Shown: in pieces, positions 44,189 to 52,741 of the stretch
Numbering within the stretch: position 1 is the stretch's first letter
Layout: each line of letters starts with the position of its first letter
Source: a virus
Taxonomy: Duplodnaviria; Caudoviricetes
Virus record (IMG/VR): IMGVR_UViG_3300031857_000256
Location: 1 to 53,498 of that record
DNA: 53,498 bases
Strand: one strand, 5' to 3'
Made by a program: the position numbers and the translations under genes
Notes under the pieces: model-generated
Seen by the model: the letters and a program-made list of their open reading frames with translations, nothing else
Database searches by the model: none
Told to the model about the DNA's origin: nothing

Positions 44189-46501
44189 ATGGCAGAAAGA
44201 ATCGTATCACCTGGAGTATTTACGAGAGAAAATGACCTTTCCTTCTTAGCGCAAGGAATTGGTGAAATTGGCGGAGCATTTATAGGACCTTTTAAACAAG
44301 GACCTGCTTTCGTTCCAACAATCGTAAGAACACAATCAGAATTTGAAACAATATTCGGTACACCGGATGGAACTTTTTACACAGAGTATGCAGTTCAGAA
44401 CTATTTAAGAGAAGCTGGTTCTGCTACTATTGTAAGAGTTGCCGGTACTGAAGGATATACACAAAACGCACCAGTAGGTATATTTGCCAGTGGTAGTGGT
44501 TTTGGTGATAAATTAGTTGGTGTATTATTTAATACTAAAGTTGGAGCAACGTATCAAGCGATTGACTCAACTGGTAGTATTTTAGATAATATAGCCGATA
44601 AGGGTTCATTTATTATAAAAGGAAATGAATTTGGTGGAACAACTGGTATATCAGCATCTATTCTTCCATCTGATGTGAACGATTTAAAAGATGTATTTGG
44701 CGAATCTCCATTTGGTAGTAAAAATGCATATGCTTATCTATATTTTGAAAGTAGTGCATCTCTATTCCCAACAACCGATACTTTTTCTTCAGTTTATTCT
44801 CAAATTTTACCTGACCAAGATTTTACCGATGAAGCATTATCTGCTGTAACTCCTTGGATTAAATCTCAAGTAATTAGTGGTGATAGATATGACCTTTTCC
44901 GTTTCCATACAATTGGACAAGGTGAGGTTTATAACAAAAAATATAAAGTAAGTATTTCTAATGTTAAGGCTGCCGGTGAAGATGGTTCTACGGACTATGC
45001 AACTTTCACTGTAACTTTAAGAGGATATGGTGATACTGATAGAAGAAAGAGTGTAATTGAACAATGGGGTAATGTAAATTTAGACCCATCATCTCCAAGA
45101 TACATCGCTAGAGTAATTGGTGATAGATATTTCACAATTGATAACAATGGTAAAATAACTGAAAATGGTGATTACTCAAATAAATCACTTAACGTATGGG
45201 TAGAAGTTTCTGAAGCGGGTTCATTCCCTATTTCAGCAGCACCGTTTGGACATGGGGCATACACTAACCCTGTTAGAGTATCTGCGGCAACTAAAGTTCC
45301 TGCGGTAGTTTACCAAACCGGTTCAGCGGCTAACAATTCATCATCTCCAATATATTTTAGTGGATTTGATTATGAATCAGTAGGTGCTGTAACTGATAAC
45401 ACACAATATTTAAAACCAATACCTACAAGTGCTGGTACTGGTGCAAACGTAGCATTCGCATTTGATTCTCAATTGAGTTATCAACTGACAGGTTCTGCGG
45501 CATCGGATATGGTTAAAAGACAATTCGTTGTAGCATTCCAAGGTGGTTTTGATGGTGTAAATCCGATTGTAAGATTAGCGAAAGCTGGTGATGCAGATTG
45601 GGGAGCTGGTAACAATCAAGGATTGAATTGTACTAACTTAACATCAGCAGGTTCACAAGCATATGTTAAAGCAATAAACGCACTTTCTAATCCAGATGAA
45701 TACGATATTAATTTAGTTGCAGCACCTGGTATTAATAGAGAACTTCACCCAGCGGTAACACAAAAGTTAATTGATATGTGTGAAGAAAGACAAGATTGTT
45801 TCTACATCGCTGACTTTACTGATTATCAATCTTCAATTACAACCGCAACTGAGCAAGCTAATTCAGTAGATTCAAACTATGTAGCTTGTTATTATCCTTG
45901 GTTAAAAACGATAGATGTTAATACTAATAAATTAACAACCGTTCCACCATCAGTATTATTACCTGCAGTATTTGCAAGTAGTGATAGATTGGCGGCTGAG
46001 TGGTTCGCACCTGCTGGTTTGAATAGAGGTGGTATTACCGGAGCAGTTAGTGTATTGAATAGATTAACACATTCTGAAAGAGATACTCTATATGAGAACA
46101 AAGTAAATCCAATTGCATCATTCCCTGGACAAGGTATTGTAGCATTCGGACAGAAAACATTGCAAGATAAAGCATCTGCATTAGATAGAATCAACGTAAG
46201 AAGATTACTTATCGCTGTTAAGAAGTTTATTGCATCTACATCTAGATATTTAGTATTTGAACAAAATACTGCAGAAACTAGAAGCAGATTCATTAACACT
46301 GTGAATCCTTATTTGGAATCAATTCAACAAAGACAAGGTTTATACGCTTTCAACGTTGTAATGGATGATTCAAATAACACACCGGATGTAATTGATAGAA
46401 ACATATTAGCTGGAGCAATTTACTTACAGCCTACGAAGACTGCGGAATTCATCATAATTGATTTCAACATTCTTCCAACTGGAGCATCATTCTCAGCATA
46501 A
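44189..46501 (+). CDS. Contractile tail sheath protein (T4 gp18-like)
   Basis: SPGVFTRENDLS N-terminus; YYPW, EWFAPAGLNRG, RDTLYENKVNPIASFPGQG..AFGQKTL, RINVRRL, FEQN, LQPTKTAEFI motifs. Confidence 0.97.
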   Translation: MAERIVSPGVFTRENDLSFLAQGIGEIGGAFIGPFKQGPAFVPTIVRTQSEFETIFGTPDGTFYTEYAVQNYLREAGSATIVRVAGTEGYTQNAPVGIFASGSGFGDKLVGVLFNTKVGATYQAIDSTGSILDNIADKGSFIIKGNEFGGTTGISASILPSDVNDLKDVFGESPFGSKNAYAYLYFESSASLFPTTDTFSSVYSQILPDQDFTDEALSAVTPWIKSQVISGDRYDLFRFHTIGQGEVYNKKYKVSISNVKAAGEDGSTDYATFTVTLRGYGDTDRRKSVIEQWGNVNLDPSSPRYIARVIGDRYFTIDNNGKITENGDYSNKSLNVWVEVSEAGSFPISAAPFGHGAYTNPVRVSAATKVPAVVYQTGSAANNSSSPIYFSGFDYESVGAVTDNTQYLKPIPTSAGTGANVAFAFDSQLSYQLTGSAASDMVKRQFVVAFQGGFDGVNPIVRLAKAGDADWGAGNNQGLNCTNLTSAGSQAYVKAINALSNPDEYDINLVAAPGINRELHPAVTQKLIDMCEERQDCFYIADFTDYQSSITTATEQANSVDSNYVACYYPWLKTIDVNTNKLTTVPPSVLLPAVFASSDRLAAEWFAPAGLNRGGITGAVSVLNRLTHSERDTLYENKVNPIASFPGQGIVAFGQKTLQDKASALDRINVRRLLIAVKKFIASTSRYLVFEQNTAETRSRFINTVNPYLESIQQRQGLYAFNVVMDDSNNTPDVIDRNILAGAIYLQPTKTAEFIIIDFNILPTGASFSA

Positions 46502-46523
46502 TAATGGAAACTACAATCAATTG

Positions 46524-46532
46524 ATATTTATA
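46524..46532 (+). promoter_or_regulatory. Putative late-promoter motif ATATTTATA upstream of tail tube
   Basis: Recurrent intergenic 9-mer. Confidence 0.6.
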
Positions 46533-46556
46533 AAAGTAAAATAAAAGGAACAAAAA

Positions 46557-47060
46557 ATGGCAGACAATTTAATATTACCATATGAGCAGATGATATTCAG
46601 GCAGTTTGAGCCAAAAATGAAGAATCGCTACTACATGGAAATGGCAGAAGTAGGTATTCCGGCATTTATGGTTAAAACCGCAAATAGACCTGAAATTCAG
46701 TTTGAAACTGTGAAGATAGACCATATCAACACTTATAGAAAGTTAAAAGGTAAAGGTGAGTGGCAGGATTTATCCGTGACACTTTATGACCCAATTGTTC
46801 CATCTGCAGCGCAGTTGGTAATGGAATGGATACGTTTATCTCATGAATCTATTACCGGACGTGATGGATATGCAGAATTCTACAAAAAGACTATTAACTT
46901 TTATATGTTAGGTCCAGTAGGTGATAAGGTTGAACAATGGACACTTCATGGAGCGTTCATTTCTAGAGCATCTTTTGGTGATTTGGATTTTTCGTCAACA
47001 AACGAACCAGTATCAATTGAATTAACACTTACATACGATTACGCAGTTCTTGAATACTAA
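46557..47060 (+). CDS. Tail tube protein (T4 gp19-like)
   Basis: FEPKMKNR, W.D..VTLYDPI, V.EW, YKK, EQWTL.GAF.....GDLDF...LTLTYDYA; follows the sheath gene. Confidence 0.93.
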   Translation: MADNLILPYEQMIFRQFEPKMKNRYYMEMAEVGIPAFMVKTANRPEIQFETVKIDHINTYRKLKGKGEWQDLSVTLYDPIVPSAAQLVMEWIRLSHESITGRDGYAEFYKKTINFYMLGPVGDKVEQWTLHGAFISRASFGDLDFSSTNEPVSIELTLTYDYAVLEY

Positions 47061-47082
47061 TATTCAAAACATTATAAAAAAG

Positions 47083-47110
47083 AAGGGATACCAAAAGTAT
47101 CCCTTTTTTA
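47083..47110 (+). terminator. Intrinsic terminator after tail tube
   Basis: AAGGGATAC-caaaa-GTATCCCTT perfect 9-bp stem followed by a T run. Confidence 0.88.
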
Positions 47111-47132
47111 TTTTCAAATTTTTTTGTTTTAT

Positions 47133-47141
47133 GTATTTATA
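47133..47141 (+). promoter_or_regulatory. Putative late-promoter motif GTATTTATA
   Basis: Motif variant between the terminator and ATG 47167. Confidence 0.55.
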
Positions 47142-47166
47142 TATACAAACTAAATAAAGTAATGTT

Positions 47167-47931
47167 ATGAGTGAAAAAAATTATGATTTTCCAACGGAAG
47201 TATTAGACCTTCCATCAAAAGGATTAATATATCCAAAAGATAGCCCACTTGCATCGGGTAGAATTACAATCAAATATATGACAGCAAAAGAAGAAGATAT
47301 ACTTTCTTCTGCAAATTTGATTAAAAAAGGTATTGTTTTAGATAAATTGTTTGAATCAGTTGTTGTTGATAGCGTTAATATAAACGATATTTCAATTGGT
47401 GATAAAAACGCAATTATTTTAGCAACAAGATTGTTAGGATATGGTCCTGAATATAACGTTTCTTTTTATTCAAAAAAGAAAAATACTACTTTGGAAGCAA
47501 ATATAGACCTTTCAAAGGTGAATGTTAAAGATATAGATTATTCATCTTTCAATAATAAAAATGAATTTGAATTCGTTACACCTATCGGCAAGAATAAGAT
47601 AACATTTAGACTTCTTACACATGGTGATGAAAAATTGATTGATAGAGATATACAGGCTTTAGAAAAATTGAATAAAGATACTTCATTTGAAATCACTACC
47701 AGATTGAGATATATGATTAAAGCGATTGATGGTAATGCAGATTTAGGATTTATTACAAAATTTGTTAATAATTCATTTTTGGCTAAAGATAGTAAAGCAT
47801 TTAGAGATTATGTTAAAAAAGTTTCTCCAGATATGGACATGGTGTTTGAATTTACACATGAAGATGGGGAATTGGAGGTGGTGCCCATTCCAATGGGCGT
47901 GACCTTTTTTTGGCCTTCCGAAGAATCATAG
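47167..47931 (+). CDS. T4 gp26-like baseplate hub / tail assembly chaperone protein
   Basis: LPSKG..Y, MTAKEEDIL, GDKNAIILATRLLGYG and FFWP end; lies between tube and tape measure. Confidence 0.8.
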   Translation: MSEKNYDFPTEVLDLPSKGLIYPKDSPLASGRITIKYMTAKEEDILSSANLIKKGIVLDKLFESVVVDSVNINDISIGDKNAIILATRLLGYGPEYNVSFYSKKKNTTLEANIDLSKVNVKDIDYSSFNNKNEFEFVTPIGKNKITFRLLTHGDEKLIDRDIQALEKLNKDTSFEITTRLRYMIKAIDGNADLGFITKFVNNSFLAKDSKAFRDYVKKVSPDMDMVFEFTHEDGELEVVPIPMGVTFFWPSEES

Positions 47932-48124
47932 TGCATTACTTCATACTCAAATCTTTGATATGGTTGAGTATAGTAATGGATTTTCAATGATGGAATTATA
48001 TAAAATGCCAACTTATTTAAGAATGTTCTACTACAATAAATTGGTAGAATCAAAGAAAAAGGAAGCAGAACAGGCTAAAAAAGCACAAAATAACACAGGT
48101 AGTTCAAAAGTTAGGTTTAGGTAA
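47903..48124 (+). CDS. ORF missing from the track (gp51-/gpT-like), probable frameshift extension of the gp26-like gene; first ATG at 47960
   Basis: The +1 frame opens after TGA 47900-47902 and reads PFFGLPKNHSALLHTQIFDMVEYSNGFSMMELYKMPTYLRMFYYNKLVESKKKEAEQ...RFR*. The FS..ELY.MP..LR.FY..L pattern resembles gp51/gpT-type proteins. Confidence 0.7.
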   Translation, partial: PFFGLPKNHSALLHTQIFDMVEYSNGFSMMELYKMPTYLRMFYYNKLVESKKKEAEQAKKAQNNTGSSKVRFR

Positions 48125-48153
48125 AGTATTTACTTATTCCTAACTTTTTCTTT
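48106..48153 (+). terminator. Long hairpin terminator overlapping the stop codon of the gp51-like ORF
   Basis: AAAAGTTAGG (48106-48115) / CCTAACTTTT (48139-48148) outer stem, TAGGTAAA / TTTACTTA inner stem, T-rich tail. Confidence 0.7.
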
Positions 48154-48159
48154 TAGTAG

Positions 48160-48168
48160 ATATTTATA
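48160..48168 (+). promoter_or_regulatory. Putative late-promoter motif ATATTTATA
   Basis: Directly after the terminator and upstream of ATG 48195. Confidence 0.62.
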
Positions 48169-48194
48169 GTTTGAATAAGTGTAAACAATTTAAA

Positions 48195-48428
48195 ATGGCA
48201 AAAAAATATAAAATATCCGAATCATATATAAATGAATTTTGGGGTTTATTCACAAGTAAAAAAACACCTGAAAAACTTCAAAAAGTAATTGATAATGACC
48301 CGGTTTTAAAACAATTGCAGGCTAAAATTGATGCAATTGATGCAAAATCTAAAAACTATTTAGATACAGTAAAAAAAGATGATCCTGAAATTTACGGCTA
48401 TCTTTTAAAGCATGGATTTGTAAAATAA
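48195..48428 (+). CDS. Small hypothetical helical protein (77 aa)
   Basis: ATG 48195 with A-rich leader preferred to TTG 48171; ends 10 nt before the tape measure gene. Confidence 0.7.
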   Translation: MAKKYKISESYINEFWGLFTSKKTPEKLQKVIDNDPVLKQLQAKIDAIDAKSKNYLDTVKKDDPEIYGYLLKHGFVK

Positions 48429-48438
48429 TTAATAAAGA

Positions 48439-50853
48439 ATGGCAGAGGTTAGGAATCTTACTCCAGAAGAACTGGAAAAACAAAATAAACTACTCAGAGA
48501 GCGTGATGAAATCATGCAACGTCTTGAGGAGAGGAATAAGCGTATTGCCACAGCGGGAGCCGATGAAATAAAACGTTTAGAAAAACGAAATCAAAAAGAT
48601 AAAGAGCATCTCGATAATATTGGAAATCAATTAGATGCTATAACTGAAATAACAGATAAGGTTGAGGACTATGCGGACTTTTGGAAAAAAGCAGCGGAAA
48701 AACAACAGGATTATTTAGACCTTCAAGAAGATTTTGGAACATCGTTTGCAAAATTATCACCACAGGTAAAAAATTTATTAGTTTCTCAAGAAAAGGGTGG
48801 TGGTGCATTTGCTGCAATTACCGCTAGAATTTTAGATATTAAAAAGAAAGAAATTAATGCAAGTGGTGATGAATTGGCATCATTGGAATCAAGAAGAGCA
48901 GAATTAGAAAAGATAAGACAAACACAAATTGATTCAGCAGATAGTCTTGCATTTGAAAAAGAATCATTTTTTGGTATAAGTGATGCAGCTAAACGAAGAC
49001 AAGAATTTCAATCATCAATAGTTGGATTATCGGAAGAAGATAAAAAATTAGCAGAAGAAATTTTTGAAAGAAATCAATTATTACTTGCACAACAAGAAAG
49101 ATATGTTGAGTTGAAATCTCAACTAAATGATATTACAAATTCATTACCGGAAGGTTTGAGTAATCTAGTATCTGGTATAACGTCATTGGTAAAAGGAATT
49201 GCAAAAGGTTTAGGTCCTGTTGTAATTATAGCAGGGTTAATATCACTTGCTATAAAGGAATTTACCGAACTAAATAGTGCAGCCAAAAAATTTAGAGAAG
49301 AAACTGGTTTAACGGCAAAGCAAACAAAGGATGTAGATAATCAGGTTAAGAGTATTAGACATGAGTTTGCGGATTTAGGTGTAGAAGCGGAAGATGTATA
49401 TGAAAGTGTAAAGGCGTTAAAAAGCGAATTTGGAGACTCTATACCATTTACCAAAGGAATTGTTTCATCTTTAACTGTGATGAATAAAAACTTTGGAATT
49501 GCACAATCTGATGCAGCAGCTGTTAATATGATTTTTCAAAGTATGGCTGGATTAACTGCACAAACTGCACAAAATGTTTCCATGCAATTGGTAGACCTGG
49601 CACAAATGTCCGGTGTTGCACCATCACAATTATTTAAAGATATCGCAGAATCTGCCGAAGAGTCTTACAAATATTTTAAAGGTGATATAAATGCGTTAGG
49701 AAGAGCGGCAATAGAAGCTAGAAGATTGGGTACTAATTTAAAAAGTGTTCTAAAAACAACAGAATCTCTTTTAGATTTTGAAAACGGAATTGAAAAGGAA
49801 TTAGTAGCGGCAACGTTTGTAGGTGGGCAATTTAATTTAACGCAAGCTAGAGCATTGGCATTTGCTGGTAAAACTGTAGATGCACAAAAAGAAATATTAA
49901 GGCAGGTACAAAGAACAGGTGACTTTAGGAATAAAGATGTATTCACTCAAAGAGCATTAGCCGATGCAGCCGGTATGTCTGTTGAAGAAATCAGTAAACA
50001 ACTTACAATGCAAGAAAGGTTAGTTGGACTGAGTGATGAGCAAAAAAAGTTAGTAGCTGATGCAATGGATAAGGGATTAAGTCTTACGGACTTAAGTGAT
50101 TCACAATTGCAGGATAAAGTTAAAGAATTAGCAGCACAAAAAGAAATAGCAGATAGTGTTACTAAAATGGAAAACGCATTCAAAGGAATAGCTGCTTCGT
50201 TGGGTACTGCTGTTGTACCATTATTGGAAGGATTAACACCGGTAATTACAATTTTAGCTGAAGGATTTGGATTCATATTTAAAGTATTAAATTATGTTCC
50301 AGGATTATTCCCAGCGATTATAGCAGGATTAGGTGCTATGTATATCATGTCTAAAAAAGTTGCAATTGCACAACAAATGGCAGCAATTGCAAAAGTATAT
50401 TCTACATATGGTGCAATGCCGTTTATTGGAGTTGCATTAGCGGCAGGTGTAATTGCGGCTATGATGGCATCGATGGGTAAAGCTAAGAATGTGGGTGATA
50501 TGGCAATAACTGATGGTGGAAAAACTAGAATATCGACACAAGAAGGTGGAATATTTGCCCCAAGTTCAAATGACCAAATTGCAGTTGGACCGGGTGTAGT
50601 TGATAGACTTGATAGATTAAATCAGGCCGGGAAATTGGGAGCAGCATCAGCCTTACCATTTGCAGGAGGTGTCGCCACATCACAAGCTATTGGTATCCTA
50701 GTTCAGGAAATGAAAGCATTAAGACAGGACATGAATTCCGGTAAAATAAGAACCAATACTTATCTAGATGGACAAAAAGTTACAACTGGAATTGCAGTAG
50801 CAAGTGAACAAAGTACGAGAAATAACTTCTCTTACGGACAAAGACTTTTATAA
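48439..50853 (+). CDS. Tape measure protein (804 aa)
   Basis: Long Ala/Glu/Lys-rich helical sequence with hydrophobic Gly/Ala segments; position after tube and chaperone genes. Confidence 0.8.
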   Translation: MAEVRNLTPEELEKQNKLLRERDEIMQRLEERNKRIATAGADEIKRLEKRNQKDKEHLDNIGNQLDAITEITDKVEDYADFWKKAAEKQQDYLDLQEDFGTSFAKLSPQVKNLLVSQEKGGGAFAAITARILDIKKKEINASGDELASLESRRAELEKIRQTQIDSADSLAFEKESFFGISDAAKRRQEFQSSIVGLSEEDKKLAEEIFERNQLLLAQQERYVELKSQLNDITNSLPEGLSNLVSGITSLVKGIAKGLGPVVIIAGLISLAIKEFTELNSAAKKFREETGLTAKQTKDVDNQVKSIRHEFADLGVEAEDVYESVKALKSEFGDSIPFTKGIVSSLTVMNKNFGIAQSDAAAVNMIFQSMAGLTAQTAQNVSMQLVDLAQMSGVAPSQLFKDIAESAEESYKYFKGDINALGRAAIEARRLGTNLKSVLKTTESLLDFENGIEKELVAATFVGGQFNLTQARALAFAGKTVDAQKEILRQVQRTGDFRNKDVFTQRALADAAGMSVEEISKQLTMQERLVGLSDEQKKLVADAMDKGLSLTDLSDSQLQDKVKELAAQKEIADSVTKMENAFKGIAASLGTAVVPLLEGLTPVITILAEGFGFIFKVLNYVPGLFPAIIAGLGAMYIMSKKVAIAQQMAAIAKVYSTYGAMPFIGVALAAGVIAAMMASMGKAKNVGDMAITDGGKTRISTQEGGIFAPSSNDQIAVGPGVVDRLDRLNQAGKLGAASALPFAGGVATSQAIGILVQEMKALRQDMNSGKIRTNTYLDGQKVTTGIAVASEQSTRNNFSYGQRLL

Positions 50854-50854
50854 T

Positions 50855-52729
50855 ATGCCAACATTATTAGAATTATTTAAAACACAAAGAATATCGGAAG
50901 GAACTAATGCCGGAAAAACGGTAGAAGAAGCATACTCTGTCCAAAATAGTAAAGATGTTCAGATACAAACTACCAATCCAATATTACAACCACTTACTGA
51001 AAAAATAAATAAAAGAAGAAAAGATACTATACGATTAAAAGAAACTCGTTTAGAAGAAGAAACCGCAGGATTGAAAGCATTTGGTGATACTGCAAAACTT
51101 GTTCTTTATGGTGGTGATTATTTCAGAATTATCAATGGTACAACTCGTTCTAAACAATTAATGTTAAGAAGTATAGGAGCAAGTGGTGCTGGATTGGCCG
51201 ATAGTCTAACCGATAAAATTGGTAGTGCGGTAGGAAATTTAGTAGGTGATAAAATTTCAAATTTATTTTTAAAAAAAGAAGATAGAGTACCACCAAAACT
51301 TGATACTAGAGCATTGGGTACTGATATATTAGCGGATGTTGCTAGTAGAACATTGGGTAGACTTTTACCAGAACCGATGATACCTTCAAAAGTTGCGGAA
51401 GAATTTGAAAAAGGTAGAGCAAAAAAAGAGCAGGATTTTATCCATGAGTATGATATTGATAAAAAAATCATACGATTAAAAAATAAAAAAGGAATACCCA
51501 AACTTATAGATGGTTTATTGAAAAATAATAAAGACATAATGGGTCAGACTAAGGATGTTTTAATGTCCACCGCCGGCACTATTGCAGGGGGATTAGTTGC
51601 TGGTGGTATTGGTAAATTGAGCAGTTTGATTTTTAATAAAAGAAAAAATAAAAAAGGTGGAAGTAATCAAACCACACAACCAACAACATCAACGGGATTC
51701 AAATGGTCATCTGACCAACCATATTCGGCAAAACGTAATATAGCAACATTAAAAAATCCGGAACCATTTGATAGAAACGATTTATCTACTGTATTTTTAG
51801 AAGCTAAAATATCAGCTTATGAATCTATTACTGGCCAACGAGTTCAGAGACCAGGAGAAGCGCCATTATCATTACAGTTTGGCCAAATTGCTCAAATTGG
51901 ACCAAATCCAATTTTAGAAAGTTTGAAGTCAGAGCCTATAAAATATTCCGATTATGATAGAATTACTAAAGAAAATAGATTTAAAAAGAGAGGTATGAGT
52001 GATGGAGCAGATGCTTTGAATATTATGAACAGTATAGTTTATAGTGGACAATCTGCGACATTAGATTCTGCAGGTAATAGTGCAGATAGTTATGATTATA
52101 TACCATTGAAATTCTATTCCATATACAACAATGAAACTTTACAATTTAGATGTACAATCGCAGATTTATCGGAAACATTTACTCCATCTTGGGAAACTAA
52201 TAAATTTATAGGTAATCCTTTTTCTTTTTACACATATAGTGGTATTGAAAGAAGTGTGACGTTTAGTTTTAAAGTATTTTCTTTAAACTTAATGGAGCAT
52301 CAATTTAATTGGGAAAGAATTAATGAATTAGCATCATACACATACCCACAGGACTATAAAGGAATAAGTGGTGCCGTTGTACCACCAATTTTAAAAATTA
52401 CAATTGGTAATTTATATAAAAATAAAGAATGTTTTATTGATAGCTTATCATATACGGTTGATGAAACTACTCCTTGGGAAATTGGTATGAATAAAAAATT
52501 AACATCACCAATTGTTCCTAAACTTTTTGGTGGATTTGTATATTCGGTGGATGAAAATAATCCGGCTGATGAATATAAGTTACCGATGATTATAAATGTG
52601 GAAATTACATTGAAATTTATTGAAGGAAGAAATAATACTTCACCAAATAGTATTCTATATGGATATACTGATTTTACGCCAAAAAATATTACTACACCAG
52701 ACCTAACCACAAATACATTTACAATTTAA
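50855..52729 (+). CDS. Baseplate / tube-initiator-like protein (624 aa)
   Basis: ATG 50855 follows the tape measure stop. C-terminal FR..I..LSETFTPSW...FIG....YTY...ERSVTFSFKV...YP...PPI..ITIGNLY...FI.SLSY resembles tube-fold baseplate proteins of contractile systems. Confidence 0.7.
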   Translation: MPTLLELFKTQRISEGTNAGKTVEEAYSVQNSKDVQIQTTNPILQPLTEKINKRRKDTIRLKETRLEEETAGLKAFGDTAKLVLYGGDYFRIINGTTRSKQLMLRSIGASGAGLADSLTDKIGSAVGNLVGDKISNLFLKKEDRVPPKLDTRALGTDILADVASRTLGRLLPEPMIPSKVAEEFEKGRAKKEQDFIHEYDIDKKIIRLKNKKGIPKLIDGLLKNNKDIMGQTKDVLMSTAGTIAGGLVAGGIGKLSSLIFNKRKNKKGGSNQTTQPTTSTGFKWSSDQPYSAKRNIATLKNPEPFDRNDLSTVFLEAKISAYESITGQRVQRPGEAPLSLQFGQIAQIGPNPILESLKSEPIKYSDYDRITKENRFKKRGMSDGADALNIMNSIVYSGQSATLDSAGNSADSYDYIPLKFYSIYNNETLQFRCTIADLSETFTPSWETNKFIGNPFSFYTYSGIERSVTFSFKVFSLNLMEHQFNWERINELASYTYPQDYKGISGAVVPPILKITIGNLYKNKECFIDSLSYTVDETTPWEIGMNKKLTSPIVPKLFGGFVYSVDENNPADEYKLPMIINVEITLKFIEGRNNTSPNSILYGYTDFTPKNITTPDLTTNTFTI

Positions 52730-52741
52730 TAAAAAATAAAA

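Noticed and set aside
50804-50854. Upstream GTG/TTG starts given by the ORF track for 50804, 48171, 2951 and 50
   Set aside because: In-frame ATGs just after the upstream stop or motif (50855, 48195, 2972) fit better, and the first ORF is open from the window edge.
44189-52729. Bacterial contractile injection system (eCIS/tailocin) instead of a phage
   Set aside because: Neck and head-closure genes, phage-type fibre chaperones and T4-like order indicate a phage tail joined to a head.
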